Positions 23,928 to 34,957 of a stretch of DNA of 39,678 nt are shown here, piece after piece. Numbering within the stretch: position 1 is the first letter of the stretch; each line of letters opens with the position of its first letter. Source of the DNA: Octopus sinensis (taxonomy: Eukaryota); assembly GCF_006345805.1 (NCBI RefSeq), contig NW_021835685.1, positions 1-39,678 of the forward strand, written 5' to 3'. The notes beneath the pieces were generated by a model, which was not told the origin of the DNA, searched no databases, and was given only the letters and a program-made list of their open reading frames with translations. Made by a program: the position numbers and the translations under genes.

Positions 23928-24523
23928 TAAATTTTGGCACAAGGCCAGCAACTGAGGGGAGGGGCTAGGTCGATAACATAGGTACTCAATTGGTACCTAT
24001 TTTATCGACTCCGAAAGGATGAAAGGCAAAGTCGACCTCGGCGAATTGTAACTCAGAACGTAAAGACAGACGAAATATCGCAAAGCATTTCGCCCAGCTA
24101 ACGTTTCTTATTTATTTATTGCCTACACGGGGCTAAACATAGAGGGGACAAACAAGGACAGAAAAACGGATTAAGTCCATTACGTTCGACCCCAGTGTAT
24201 AACTGGTGCTTATTTAATCAACCCCGAAAGGATGAAATGCAAAGTCGACCTCGGCGGAATTTGAACTCAGAATGTAACGGCAGACGAAATACCTATTTCT
24301 TTACTACCCACAAGGGGCTAAACACAGAGGGGACAAACAAGGACAAACAAACGGATTAAGTCGATTATATCGACGCCAGTGCGTAACTGGTACTTATTTA
24401 ATCGACCCTGAAAGGATGAAAGGCAAAGTGGACCTCGGCGGAATTTGAACTCAGAACGTAGCGGCAGACGAAATACCGCTGAGCATTTCGCCCGGCGTGC
24501 TAACGATTCTGCCAGCTCGCCGC
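23928..24523 (-). mobile_element. Family-A SINE cluster with ~185-bp tandem units
   Basis: Repeated gggctaaac..agaggggacaaacaaggac units; head at ~24480-24523. Confidence 0.9.
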
Positions 24524-24618
24524 TTTCTTACTGCCATGTAATATTGACAGACAATAGTAGCTGTGAATAACATATTGACATAGCGTTTACTATGTATCTC
24601 TACTAAGGGAGATTGCTT

Positions 24619-24978
24619 GGAGGCGCAATGGCCCAGTGGTTAGGGTAGCGGATTCGCGGTCGTTTATCGCGGTTTCGATTCCCAGACCGGGCGTTGTAAG
24701 TATTTAATGAGCGAAAGAAAACACCTAAAGCTCCACGAGAATCCGGCAGGGGCTGGTGGCGATCCCTGCTGTACTCTTTCATCACAACTATTTCTCTTTC
24801 TTCCTGTTTCTGTTGAACCTGTATTTTACCTGTGTCACGCTGAATCTCCCCGAGAACTACGTTAAGGGGTACACGTGTCTGAAGAGTGCTCAGCCACTTG
24901 CACGTTAATTTTACAAGTAGGCTGTTCTGTTGATCGGACCAACTGGAACCCACGTCCTCGTAACCGACGGAGTGCCAC
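24619..24978 (+). mobile_element. Family-C tRNA-headed SINE
   Basis: ggaggcgcaatggcccagtggttaggg...gcggtttcgattcccagaccgggcg. Confidence 0.88.
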
Positions 24979-25079
24979 GTCGATAACATGAAAATATCGC
25001 CGTTTTGCTGTGTTATGAAATTATAGACATCCATGGCTTGTATGGCGTATTATATTCGACAGAGTATATAATACAATGT

Positions 25080-25418
25080 GAAGGCGCATGGCTTAGTGCT
25101 CAAGATCGTGAGGTTGGGAGTTCGATTCCCGGAGAGGGGTTGTGTGTTGTGTTCTTGAGCAAGACACTTTATTTCACGTTGCTCCAGTTCACTCAGCTGT
25201 AGAAATGAGTTGCGACACCACTGGTACCAAGATGTATCGACCTTTGCCTTTCACTTGGATAACATCAGTGGTCTGGAGAGGGGAGGTTGGTATGCATGTG
25301 CGACTGCTGACCTTCCACAAACAATCTTGCCCTGACTTGTGCCTGAGAGGGTAACTTTCTAGATGCAATCCCATGGTCATTCATGACCGGAGGGGGTCTC
25401 CTCCTCCTCCTCATCATC
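25080..25418 (+). mobile_element. Family-D SINE (V-domain-like) with 14-bp TSD
   Basis: tRNA-like head, tgtgttcttgagcaagacactt...gctccagttcactcagctg; TSD atataatacaatgt at 25066-25079 and 25419-25432. Confidence 0.85.
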
Positions 25419-25439
25419 ATATAATACAATGTATGGCTA

Positions 25440-25650
25440 TAATGTGCATTTTTTCCATTACAATATCCTCTGCGGATTGGCTTTTCTCGGGACTTTAGAG
25501 TTTGGGATTTTCTCCTTGTCGGTGATGTTGAGAGTATTCGACATAGATACCATTGTTGGAATGCTTTCAACTTTTGAGAGATCTTGATAGTCATTTTCGA
25601 GGTTCTCCCGTGTAGACTGCTGTCGGTAGGACAATGTTCTGGCAGGGGAA
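25440..25650 (-). mobile_element. Decayed RTE LINE fragment
   Basis: Minus strand NIVLPTAVY...KMTIKISQKLKAFQQWYLCRIL (frameshifted), an RTE RT C-terminal motif. Confidence 0.7.
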
Positions 25651-25927
25651 GAAAGAAAAGAGATGAGCTACACTTACTGATGATGTTTCCGTTAGCCACA
25701 AGAACAAACACTAAAAACAGCTGTAAAATGAGTACAACCAATGGGGTGAAACCAGAGAGAGAGAGAGGGGCCCAAGAAGATATAGAGCGTCACATTCAGA
25801 GATCTGGAGCAACCATTCATCACTTGGGAAGATGCAGATGAATATACTTAAAATCGGGATGATTTGGGACGTTTTGCTGCCCGATATACAGGTCAACTAT
25901 ACGGGAAGAACTAAGACTTGGACTAAG

Positions 25928-26243
25928 ATTTATTTATTTATGCGCCCTTATGAAGCCTAGCCAGGCTCATGGGCCCGGTTTCCCGGTTTCTGTGGCGTAT
26001 GTGTTCCCCCCAGCTGGACGGGACGCCAGTCCATCGCAGCGTTACTCAAGAAACAGGAAAAAAAGAGTGAGAGAAAGTTGGAGCGAAAGAGTACAACAGG
26101 AGTCGCCACCACCCACTGCCGGAGCCTCGTGGAGCTTTAGGTGTTTTCGCTCAATAAACACACACAACGCCCGGTCTGGGAATCGAAACCGCGATCCTCC
26201 GACCGTGAGTCCGCTGCCTTAACCACTGGGACATTGCACCTCC
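25928..26243 (-). mobile_element. Family-C SINE, full length, with 10-bp TSD
   Basis: Head at 26243, (TAAA)n tail at 25928; TSD cttggactaa at 25917-25926 and 26246-26255. Confidence 0.92.
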
Positions 26244-26929
26244 ATCTTGGACTAAAATAATGTACTTAAATGAAAATCTAAATCTTCAGTCTACATTGCG
26301 TGTAGGGCTTGAGTTATAGATGAGATTCTAAAATCAGTGTCGACGGAAAATTTTGATTTCATATAAAGTATTAATATATTATCATTGTGTCAGAAACACC
26401 CGTGTTTAACATAACAGAATACATTAATCAAACCACTTACTAACAATGAGTTGCTTATGCAGGTCACATTCTCCGATTTATTTCAAACAGCAATAAACAC
26501 AATACTTCCGTGTACAGTTATACAGGAGTTCTTAGTTTGATAGGATCGACAAAAAAGAAAAAAAGAAATGAAATCAATGAGATTGATTCCATTTTGTTTT
26601 CTATCCGTGAACGACAATTGTATACAACGATCCTATATATTTACATCGATTTGATTTACAAAAACAGTGTCAACACACAAGAAGAGAGATTTATTCTAAA
26701 GTACATTACGGTGATAGAAAAGAACACAGCTTAACGTGACACTAACCTAATAAACGAATTTGCTGCCACCAACATATTTATGCCAATCGATTTTCCCAGT
26801 TTATTTAGTCCTTTAATTAAAGAGACTGTAAATACAATGAGTCCTTGGACAGTTATAGTCGAATACGACGTTGTTGCTGCTCTATTTTTTCTTTTACGAA
26901 GAGATTATGTAAAAGTTGGTTGATAGTAA

Positions 26930-27340
26930 GGCGTAGGAGTGGCTGTGTGGTAAGTAGCTTGCTTTCGAACCACGTTTTCCGGGTTCAGTCCCACTGCGTG
27001 GCACCTTGGGCAAGTGTCTTCTACTAAAGCCTCGGACCGACCAAAGCATTGTGAGTGGATTTGGTAGACAGAAACCCGTCGTATATATGTATATATGTGT
27101 GTATGTGTCTGTGTATATGTTTGTGTGTATGTGTTTGTTCCCCTCCTCCCAGCATCACTTGACAACCGATGGTGGTGTTTACATCCCTGTAACTTAGCGG
27201 TTCGGCAAAATAGACCGATAGAATAAGTACTAGGCCTACAAAGAATAAGTCCTAGGGTCGATTTGCTCGACTAAAAGGCGGTGCTCCAACATGGCCACAG
27301 TCATATGACTGAAACACGTAAAAGAGTAAAGAGTAAAGAG
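26930..27340 (+). mobile_element. Family-B SINE, full length
   Basis: ggcgtaggagtggctgtgtggtaag head; (GAGTAAA)n tail. Confidence 0.92.
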
Positions 27341-27529
27341 AATAACTTCCTTACGTAGGTAAATCTGCTTTGGTTTAAACACAGAGTCAAGCAGTCGTTT
27401 ACAGGCAATGACGGCCGATCGTTTAAGTTTGTTCTAAGTTAGATCACAGCATCAGACACATAATCTTTTCGACGAATCAACGAGGAAATAATATACATAC
27501 ATATGTGTGTGTGTTTGTGTGTATGTTAA

Positions 27530-27990
27530 GTTAATTTTTTGGCTCAAAAAGCAAAAAGCAAGGCCATGTAGGGGGACATGGAGTTATGTACAGGGAGAGT
27601 GATCATGCAAAGAGTTCAGGCCATTTCTGGTCAAGAGAGACTTTGAACCGAGCGGTCGTCGGCATCTTCACTATCTCGTCCGGCAGCTTATTCCACGGAT
27701 CCGCAACCCGGACGGAGAAAGCCCTTCTCCTTCGATTGAGATGAAATCGTCGCAGATAGAGCTTTTCGGAGTGACCCCGCAGCCGACGCTCTGGAGCAGG
27801 AGTGAAGAACAGCTCTTTCGAGAGGTTACACTTTCCGCTTATGATGTTGTGAGCGAGAATGAGATCACCACGGCGTCGTCGTTTTTCTAAAGGTCGAGCG
27901 TCTTCAGCCTTTCTTCATAGGACAAATGCTTGAGGCCAAGAACCATGCGGGTAGCCAGCTTCCGGACTCTTTCGAGATGATGTATGTCTT
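27530..27990 (-). mobile_element. CR1-clade LINE 3' end
   Basis: Minus strand HHLERVRKLATRMVLGLKHLSYEERLKTL / LEKRRRRGDLILAHNIISG...RGHSEKL...AFSVRVADPWNKLPDEIV; stop at 27603-27605. Confidence 0.92.
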
Positions 27991-28231
27991 ATGGTGAATC
28001 TAAAGCTCCGCGTAGAGTGACATCATCCAGTATATTCCAATAAAATGGTGTGGTAACTACTATACTTAGTAGCGTTACTAGTTATGATCTACAAAGCAAG
28101 TATAGGGATGGTATGATTAACACAAGATGCAGTTTACACCGTTTGCTCCCTACGCACGTTTCACCGTAGGGGCTATTTGCATCCTCTCAACATCCAACTC
28201 AGAGGAAGCAGATAGCTCCCGTCACGCACGC

Positions 28232-28241
28232 ACACTCATAA

Positions 28242-28323
<82 letters not shown>

Positions 28324-28380
28324 AACATACATATAAATACATATATATATATGTATATTATATATATATATATATATATA
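28232..28380. repeat. (TATC)n then (TA)n microsatellite
   Basis: Direct inspection. Confidence 0.95.
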
Positions 28381-28558
28381 TTGTTCTATTTCGGAATGGT
28401 CATATTGCCAGTTTAGCCAATAAACTTCACATAAAAAATCTTGCACAACAAATATTTAAACGTATATATATATATATATATTTCTAAATTTAAGAGATGA
28501 ATAATTATGTACATTATTTACATTTGACGTATATTTGTCCTCATCTTGTTTGTTGTTA

Positions 28559-28602
28559 ACACAACGTTTCGGCTGATATACCCTCCTGCCTTCATCAGGT
28601 GT
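28559..28602 (-). ncRNA. Minimal type I hammerhead ribozyme, core intact
   Basis: Minus strand: ACAC CUGAUGA A GGCAG GAGGGUAUAU CAGCC GAAA CG U U GUGU. Stem I 4 bp plus G.U; stem II has one A.A mismatch. Confidence 0.8.
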
Positions 28603-28665
28603 CTTGAGAAAATTTCGAACCTGGGTTCTCATTCCTAAGGTACCCAGGTTCGAAATTTCCCCAAG

Positions 28666-28709
28666 ACACCTGAAGAAGGCTGGAAGATATATCAGCCGAT
28701 ACGTTGTGT
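28666..28709 (+). ncRNA. Minimal type I hammerhead, probably inactive (GAAA to GAUA)
   Basis: ACAC CUGAAGA A GGCUG GAAGAUAUAU CAGCC GAUA CG U U GUGU; perfect 5-bp stem II but a mutated core. Confidence 0.75.
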
Positions 28710-28762
28710 TAACAACAAACAAGATGAAGACAAATATCCGTCGAATGTAAATAATATAAATA

Positions 28763-28807
<45 letters not shown>

Positions 28808-29484
28808 CATATATATAGTCCACATTTGAGATCCAGAAATTCTCCGATTAGGACACACTTAGTAATGCTCAAAAGAGACAAACTTAGACTCCGATGTCTT
28901 TACAGGTGATCGATTCCACAAAATAAAGAAAGACTACAATAGGAATCAAATTGAGCGGGTATAATAACCTCTATCTTCCCCCCCTCTTTATCTTTATCTC
29001 TTTCTCTCTTTCTCTCGCATGTCATAGACAACTACATTGCGTGATCTTATGGTCAGGTAAAAGACATTTGAACACCTCTCAGAACGGACTGATAAACGAC
29101 AGTGATAAGGTGATCTACAGACAGATGTTACCACAATAACACCAGCTACTACTACTACTACTACTACTACTACTAAACATATATAACCACACACACGCAC
29201 ACATACACTCACCCAAACACATGTTACAATATTTAAGTTATTGATTTCATTGTGCCCTGTCTGGCAAGAGGGCGTTCCATTTCACAACTACCAATCTTCC
29301 TATAGCTCTCTTTTTCTGTCTACCTGTCTGCCTGTCTGTCTCTCCTCCTCTCCCTCTCTCATCTCTCTCTCTCTCTACTTGTCTTCCTTACTACGTATCT
29401 ACACGCACATGCGCGCGTGTGTGTGTGTGTGTGTGTTTACGGTCTTCTCAGGAGAACAATTCTCTCGTCTGGCCTGACTTTTAT

Positions 29485-29672
29485 TTAACACTTCAACATT
29501 TAAACCGATCATATCCGGCCATTTTAAATTCTGCCATTTTTATATTCAACTCCCCACATCCAACATCACACACCTACCCTACAATGTCATTTAAAAATAA
29601 ACAACGGCATCATTGAAGTCTCAAAACTGCAAGATAATGCATGATTAATTCAAAACAATATAAATGAATAAG
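29485..29672 (+). mobile_element. Degenerate MITE-like repeat (left part), interrupted by the foldback element
   Basis: ttaacacttcaacatttaaaccgatcatatccggcc...gataatgcatgattaattcaaaacaa resembles an abundant octopus MITE from recall; appears to resume at ~30030 (aataagcattac). Confidence 0.45.
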
Positions 29673-30029
29673 TATTATTTTGTCTTGGGATTTGGTTTGC
29701 AAGATTCTTTATGTGAGTTCGTGTGTTGAAGCATATTCTGTTGTGTCTGGGGAGAGTCATTTTCTTTTTGTGTCTTATAATGTAACACACTCACCGGTAA
29801 AATTTCCACTTCTTTCTGTTTTTTTAATTTTTATTTTTCTATAGGAAAATAAAAATAAGAAATAAGGGGAAATTTTACCGGTGAATGTACTACCGGTAAA
29901 ATTTCCACTTTAAAAAAAAAAAAAAATTTCCTACAGGAAAATAAAAATAAGAAATAAGTGGAAATTTTACCGGTGAGTGTGTTACGTTATAAGGTACAAA
30001 AAGAAAATGACTCTTCCCAGACACAAGCA
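29673..30029. mobile_element. Foldback element with nested, duplicated hairpins
   Basis: Outer arms 29741-29811 / 29956-30026; inner accggtaaaatttcc...ggaaattttaccggt hairpin unit at 29792-29883 and 29892-29975; possible TSD aataag at 29667-29672 and 30030-30035. Confidence 0.75.
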
Positions 30030-30069
30030 AATAAGCATTACGTGACAGAATTATCTTGTGTAATGGTTT

Positions 30070-30405
30070 CCATTATCGGACGAGATAACAGTATTTTTTT
30101 TTTCAACAAAGGCTGCTTGTCGACGAAGCTGTTTGGCATTGAAATAAGAGTAGTTGGAGATATTTTGGATCTAGACAATCTCCAGCCTTTTCTCATAGCC
30201 AGTCGAGGAATCTTCTTTGTCCTTTTAATAAAATTGATAGAAACTCTGGTTCAATTCAGTGTTCCTTTGATATTTCTCTCGATAGTTCCGCGACATACGA
30301 TAGCTGATCCCAATCTCCTGTCCAGCCGTGATGAATATAATAATAGTAATTCCACCAGCTGGATTTTGGTTGATTTCCACCTCTTTATTATTGCTACGTT
30401 TTTCT
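30070..30405 (-). mobile_element. Decayed N-terminal ORF fragment of an R4/Dong-like non-LTR retrotransposon
   Basis: Minus frame with stops: NTELNQSFYQFY*KDKEDSSTGYEKRLEIV*IQNISNYSYFNAKQLRRQAAFVEKK, resembling the 'GY..RL...W...KQLRQQA' N-terminal motif of R4/Dong ORFs (recall, not searched). Confidence 0.5.
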
Positions 30406-30582
30406 ATTAAAAAGAAAGATGTATCTTGGCATTTATCCGAAGAACAGAGCCAATTTTTTTTACTAGGCTTGTATTAATGGCAAAAGTTCTGAAGGATGGT
30501 AATCATTAAACGAAAGTTAAATAGTTCCCTTATGCCAACGTGACTGCCGTCGACGCCATTTTATTATTATTGTGTAAGTTAA

Positions 30583-31140
30583 GTGGGTGAGCTGGCAGGA
30601 TAATTACCGCATCGGATAAAATCCTTAGCGGCATTTCGTTCATCTTTATTTCCTGAGTTCAAATTCCGCCGAAGCCGACTTTGGCTTTTATCCTTTCGGA
30701 AGTTCGATAAAATATGTACTAGTTGAGCACTGAGGTCGATGTGTCTGAACTTGTACCCTCCCTCAAATTTCTTCTTTTGTCTTTACGTTCAAATTCGGTT
30801 GAGGTCGATTTTGACTTTCGGGGCCGATGAAAGAAGTACCAGTGGAGAATTGGTACTAATTCCTACAACAAAATTTCAGGCCTTGTACTACCTATAGTAG
30901 AAAGGATTATTATTGTGCAAGCTAAAGCGGTGTGCTGGCCGATTCGTTACTGCAACGGGCAGAAAATGCTTCTGGCTTAGCAGCATTTTTTCTGGCTTTA
31001 TGCTCTAAGATCAAATTCCGCTGAGGTCGACTTTGCCTTTCATCCTTCTGTACCAATCAAGTACTGTGGTCAATACATTCGGATAATCCCTACAACAACA
31101 AAATGTCCGGCCTTGTAGAGCTATAGTAGAAAACATCGTT
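30583..31140 (+). mobile_element. Three stacked degenerate family-A SINEs
   Basis: Cores at ~30670, ~30800 and ~31020; tails caaaat(t/g)tc(a/c)ggccttgta...ctatagtagaaa. Confidence 0.8.
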
Positions 31141-31247
31141 ATTGTACAAGTATCGGAGGTTCGAATCATAGCCTATTAACCGAACTAAAACTCTTTGCAG
31201 ACTGTGGTAATCAATAAAATACAAATAAAATTTCAAGATTTCTTTCT

Positions 31248-31330
31248 CTGCGGCCCGATACCAAATTATCCACGGCCCGATCCCAAATTATCTGCGGCCC
31301 AATACTGGTCGTCAGCCCTGTGGCTGGGGT
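31248..31330 (+). repeat. ~22-bp tandem repeat, possibly a hAT-type MITE end
   Basis: (ctg/cca)cggcccgat(a)cccaaattat x2 then ctgcggcccaatactggtc...ggctgggg. Confidence 0.45.
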
Positions 31331-31449
31331 TCTCTCTTATAAAGTATACCGTTGTAAAGTAATACTGCTTCAGTGACTAGTAACAAATTTTAATCAGCCG
31401 GTCGGCTAATTACTGCACAGGTGTTTTTTTTCAGTTACAATTACCAAGT

Positions 31450-31722
31450 TGTTAGGGGGTTGCACTGACGATCGCTAGATCGCGGGTTCGATCCCTAGAC
31501 CGACCGGCGCCGTGTGTTCTTGAGCAAAAACGCTTCATTTCACGTCGCTTTAGTCCATTCAGCCGTGAATGGGTGACTCTGCAACAGACCAGCCTTCCGT
31601 TCAGAAGGAACGTTGGTCTGTTCACCTAGCCTGCGAGGTGACATTATTTGAAAGCTAAAACGATGCAAAGTGTATTGTGACCAGCGATGTATAACAGCAT
31701 CCGATAGTCTGGTCAATGACGT
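31450..31722 (+). mobile_element. Degenerate family-D-like SINE
   Basis: cgcgggttcgatccc...gtgtgttcttgagcaaaaacgcttcatttcacgtcgct...cattcagccgtgaatggg. Confidence 0.65.
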
Positions 31723-31774
31723 CTTTATGCCATTTTTATACAGCAGTAATAGTCAATTTTTTTCCTTAGCATAC

Positions 31775-32248
31775 CTATTTCTTTATTACCCGCAAGGGGC
31801 TAAACATAGAGGGGACAAACAAGGACAGACATAGGTATTAAGTCGATTACATCGACCCCAATGCGTAACTGGAACTTAATTTATCTACCCCGAAAGGATG
31901 AAAGGCTAAGTCGACCTCGGCGGAATTTGAAATCACAACGTAACGGCAGACAAAATACCGCTAGGCATTTCGTCCGGCGAGCTAACGTTTCTGCCAGCTC
32001 ACCGCTTTCCTTAGCATACCTATTTCTTTATTACCCACAAGGGGCTGAACATAGAGGGGACAAACATGGACAGACATAGGTATTAAGTCGATTATATCGA
32101 CCCCAGTGCTTAACTGGTACTTAATTTAACGACCCCGAAAGGATGAAAGGCAAAGTCGACCTCGGCGGAATTTGAAAACAACGTAACGGCAGACAAAATA
32201 CCGCTAGGCATTTCGTCCGGCGTGCTAACGATTCTGCCAGCTCACCGC
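31775..32248 (-). mobile_element. Tandem pair of family-A SINEs with a 14-bp TSD present three times
   Basis: tttccttagcatac at 31761-31774, 32006-32019 and 32249-32262. Confidence 0.92.
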
Positions 32249-32278
32249 TTTCCTTAGCATACGGTTTTCAGTGGATGC

Positions 32279-32323
32279 ATGCTACTGACGAAGTTCAAGA
32301 AGACTGAAATACATATTTAGCAT
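32279..32323 (+). ncRNA. Type I hammerhead ribozyme in otherwise unique-looking DNA
   Basis: AUGCUA CUGACGA AGUU CAAGAA GACU GAAA UA CA UA U U UAGCAU. Stem I 6 bp, stem II 4 bp, stem III A-U/U-A/A-U with a 2-nt CA loop, AUU triplet. Confidence 0.75.
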
Positions 32324-33188
32324 TGCTACCACTGCCGTTGGACGATTTATTTCCATGTTTTTAACACCATACGCCTATAAGAAATGTTATCTGGAAACCC
32401 TAGTTTAGCAGACTTTCAACAATGTATGAGGTACGCATTACCATTTTCAGTTAGCTTAAATATGAATTCACAACATCAAGAAAACAATAATGATTTCTAC
32501 CTTAAGCAGAAAGTCTTGCTTTTGCGATATATCTCTTTCGGTAAACATGAATTTTGCGAGAAGTAAAATTTGCTATGAGGAGATTTGAATGAAAACAAAC
32601 ATCACGGGACTAAATTTATTACTTTTTGGGATTGCAGCTCAACACGGCACTGTTTGTTTTTCTCCGTTTTACCCCTCCAAATGAAAGTAAGATGAGACGA
32701 AAAGGAATTCCCCAAAGATGTTTTGGTAACTGGATATGTGTTCTAACTTAGTGACGAAATTGATGTGTTTTTCGGAAATTCGCCGAAGACAAACAAGTGG
32801 AAAGGCAATATGTTATAGCTGGATATTTGATCTTTAGCGTTGGAAATCACCATAGTTCAATGCTATCATTGGACAAGGATTCTCTATTTATAGAAATTAA
32901 AACTGAGCTAGAGGAAATACACGTAGAGTTTCTTGTTAGTCATGTTGAGAGCATCATGTTGATGATACTCTTTCCCTACAGACTGAAAGATGAAGATAGA
33001 AAGAAAATTCAAAATGTCAATAATATTAGTTAATATTTGAAATAGACATTAAAACTATGACGAATTAATCATTCACGTATGCGCATACACCGGAGAAAGA
33101 TATAAGATAATTCGAGCTGTAAGCATTGCATTTCATGTGGTTGTTTGCATATTACTACGTGTTTTCTGTAATAAATAAATCAATAGAG

Positions 33189-33400
33189 GGCGGCGAGCTA
33201 GCAGAAACGTTACGTTCCGAGTTCAAATTCCGCCGAGGTCGACTTTGCCTTTCATTCTTTCAGGGTCGATAAAATAAGTAACAGTTACGCACTGAGGTCG
33301 ATGTAATTGATTTAATCCCTTTGTCTGTCCTTCTTTGTCACCTCTATGTTTAGCCCCTCTGTGGGCAATAGATAAAAAATAAATAAATAAATAAATAAAT
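33189..33400 (+). mobile_element. Family-A SINE with (AAAT)n tail
   Basis: ggcggcgagctagcagaaacgtt head with an internal deletion, plus core. Confidence 0.88.
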
Positions 33401-33451
33401 AATGAGTCAATAGCATTATACTACAGAAACGTCAGCACGCAGGTATGAATA

Positions 33452-33974
33452 TTCTCTTCTACTCTAAGGTACAAGGCCCGAAATTTTGGGGGTGGGCGCC
33501 AGTCGATTAAATCCACTCCAGTATGCAACTGGTACTTGAAGTCGACCTCGGCGGAATTTGAACTCACAACGTAACGGCAGACAAAATACCTATTTCTTTA
33601 CTACCCACAAGGGGCTAAACACAGAAAGGACAGACAAACAGATTATGTCGATTACATCGACCCCAGTGCGTAACTGGTACTTAATTTATCGACCCCGAAA
33701 GATGAAAAACAAAGTCGACCTCGGCGGAATTTGAACTCACAACGTAACGGCAGACAAAATACCTATTTCTTTACTACCCACAAGGGGCTAAACACAGAAA
33801 GGACAGACAAACAGATTATGTCGATTACATCGACCCCAGTGCTTAACTGGTACTTAATTTATCGACCCCGAAAGATGAAAAACAAAGTCGACCTCGGCGG
33901 AATTTGAACTCAGGTAGACGAAATACCGCTACGCATTTCGCCTGGTGTGCTAACGATTCTGCCAGCTCGCCGCC
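33452..33974 (-). mobile_element. Family-A SINE with locally duplicated 173-bp units
   Basis: cctatttctttactacccac at 33589 and 33762; both units share the same deletion. Confidence 0.9.
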
Positions 33975-34957
33975 TTCACCTTAAACCAAGTTAGTATTAA
34001 ACTGAGTGCTTTAATATCGTACACATATTAATACTAATTAAAATATTAATCTATTCCATTCAAAGTATTTATATCAAACGAAACATTCTATTCCTCACAT
34101 ATTGCTGCAAAAAGTCAGAACCGAGAATGCGATTTTTGATTTTATTAACCAAACTAATTAAACAATTTTAAGACATCAAGCTGTTCACCACGTAGCATCT
34201 TAGACGAAAGCAGGTGTCCGCATAACACACAAAAATGAATGCTCATATCGGTAACATTTTCATTAACGTATGACAACAAATTCTCACGAAAGCTCAATCA
34301 TTGCTGGTGCAGTTTTTGTAGCTGCTATTGTATTTATTCCGCTGTGGAAAATTGTATTTTCAGCAAATTTTATCCAAGCTTAAACCTTGGGCATCACTTT
34401 TAACTACTTGGCAAAAAAAGGGAAAAAAATCTCATCAGTAATACGCTTTAGGATTGGAATACCTCACTTTAGATATAAGAATTTTCGAATGGATGCATCT
34501 TGACTCATTGAGTTAGATACCATCAACTAAATGCGTTGTTATAATATAATTTGTTTTAGAAGTTAAGCATGTTTTTTCTCCATAATCCCTTTTTTAATTT
34601 CCGGTGTTACAGTCTCATCACCAACGACATTCGAATGTCCTTGCGATGCTATATTAAAGGAGACACAGTAGGAAACCTTCCGTCTTCCTTTATTCTCAGC
34701 ACTATCAAGAGCTTTAAAAAAAATTGTGATTGTTAATTTATTCTTTCAGCATCTCCAAGGTCGATATATTTTTTCCCAAAGTGCTCCTTTTTCAGATTAC
34801 CTCTCCTTTTCACGGGCTTCATAGAATCATTACCGAAAGCATTTCCTATAGCAGGCATTGAGATATTGGTGTATTAAAAAGCAAAGTGTTGTAAATATTG
34901 GTGTAAATATTGGTGTATTAAAAAGCAAAGTGTTGTAAATATTTACTGCACTTCTTA

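Larger units (their letters stand above)
28481..28767. mobile_element. TA-embedded foldback element with two inverted hammerhead copies (Penelope pLTR-like)
   Basis: 114-bp arms 28513-28626 / 28642-28755 with a 15-nt loop; (TA)n on both flanks. Confidence 0.88.

Noticed and set aside
29958-30410. 150-aa plus-strand ORF
   Set aside because: It begins inside a foldback repeat, has no recognisable domain, and is better explained as the antisense shadow of a decayed R4/Dong-like ORF on the minus strand.
34860-34945. ~32-bp tandem duplication (attggtgtattaaaaagcaaagtgttgtaaat)
   Set aside because: Ordinary slippage duplication with no further structure.
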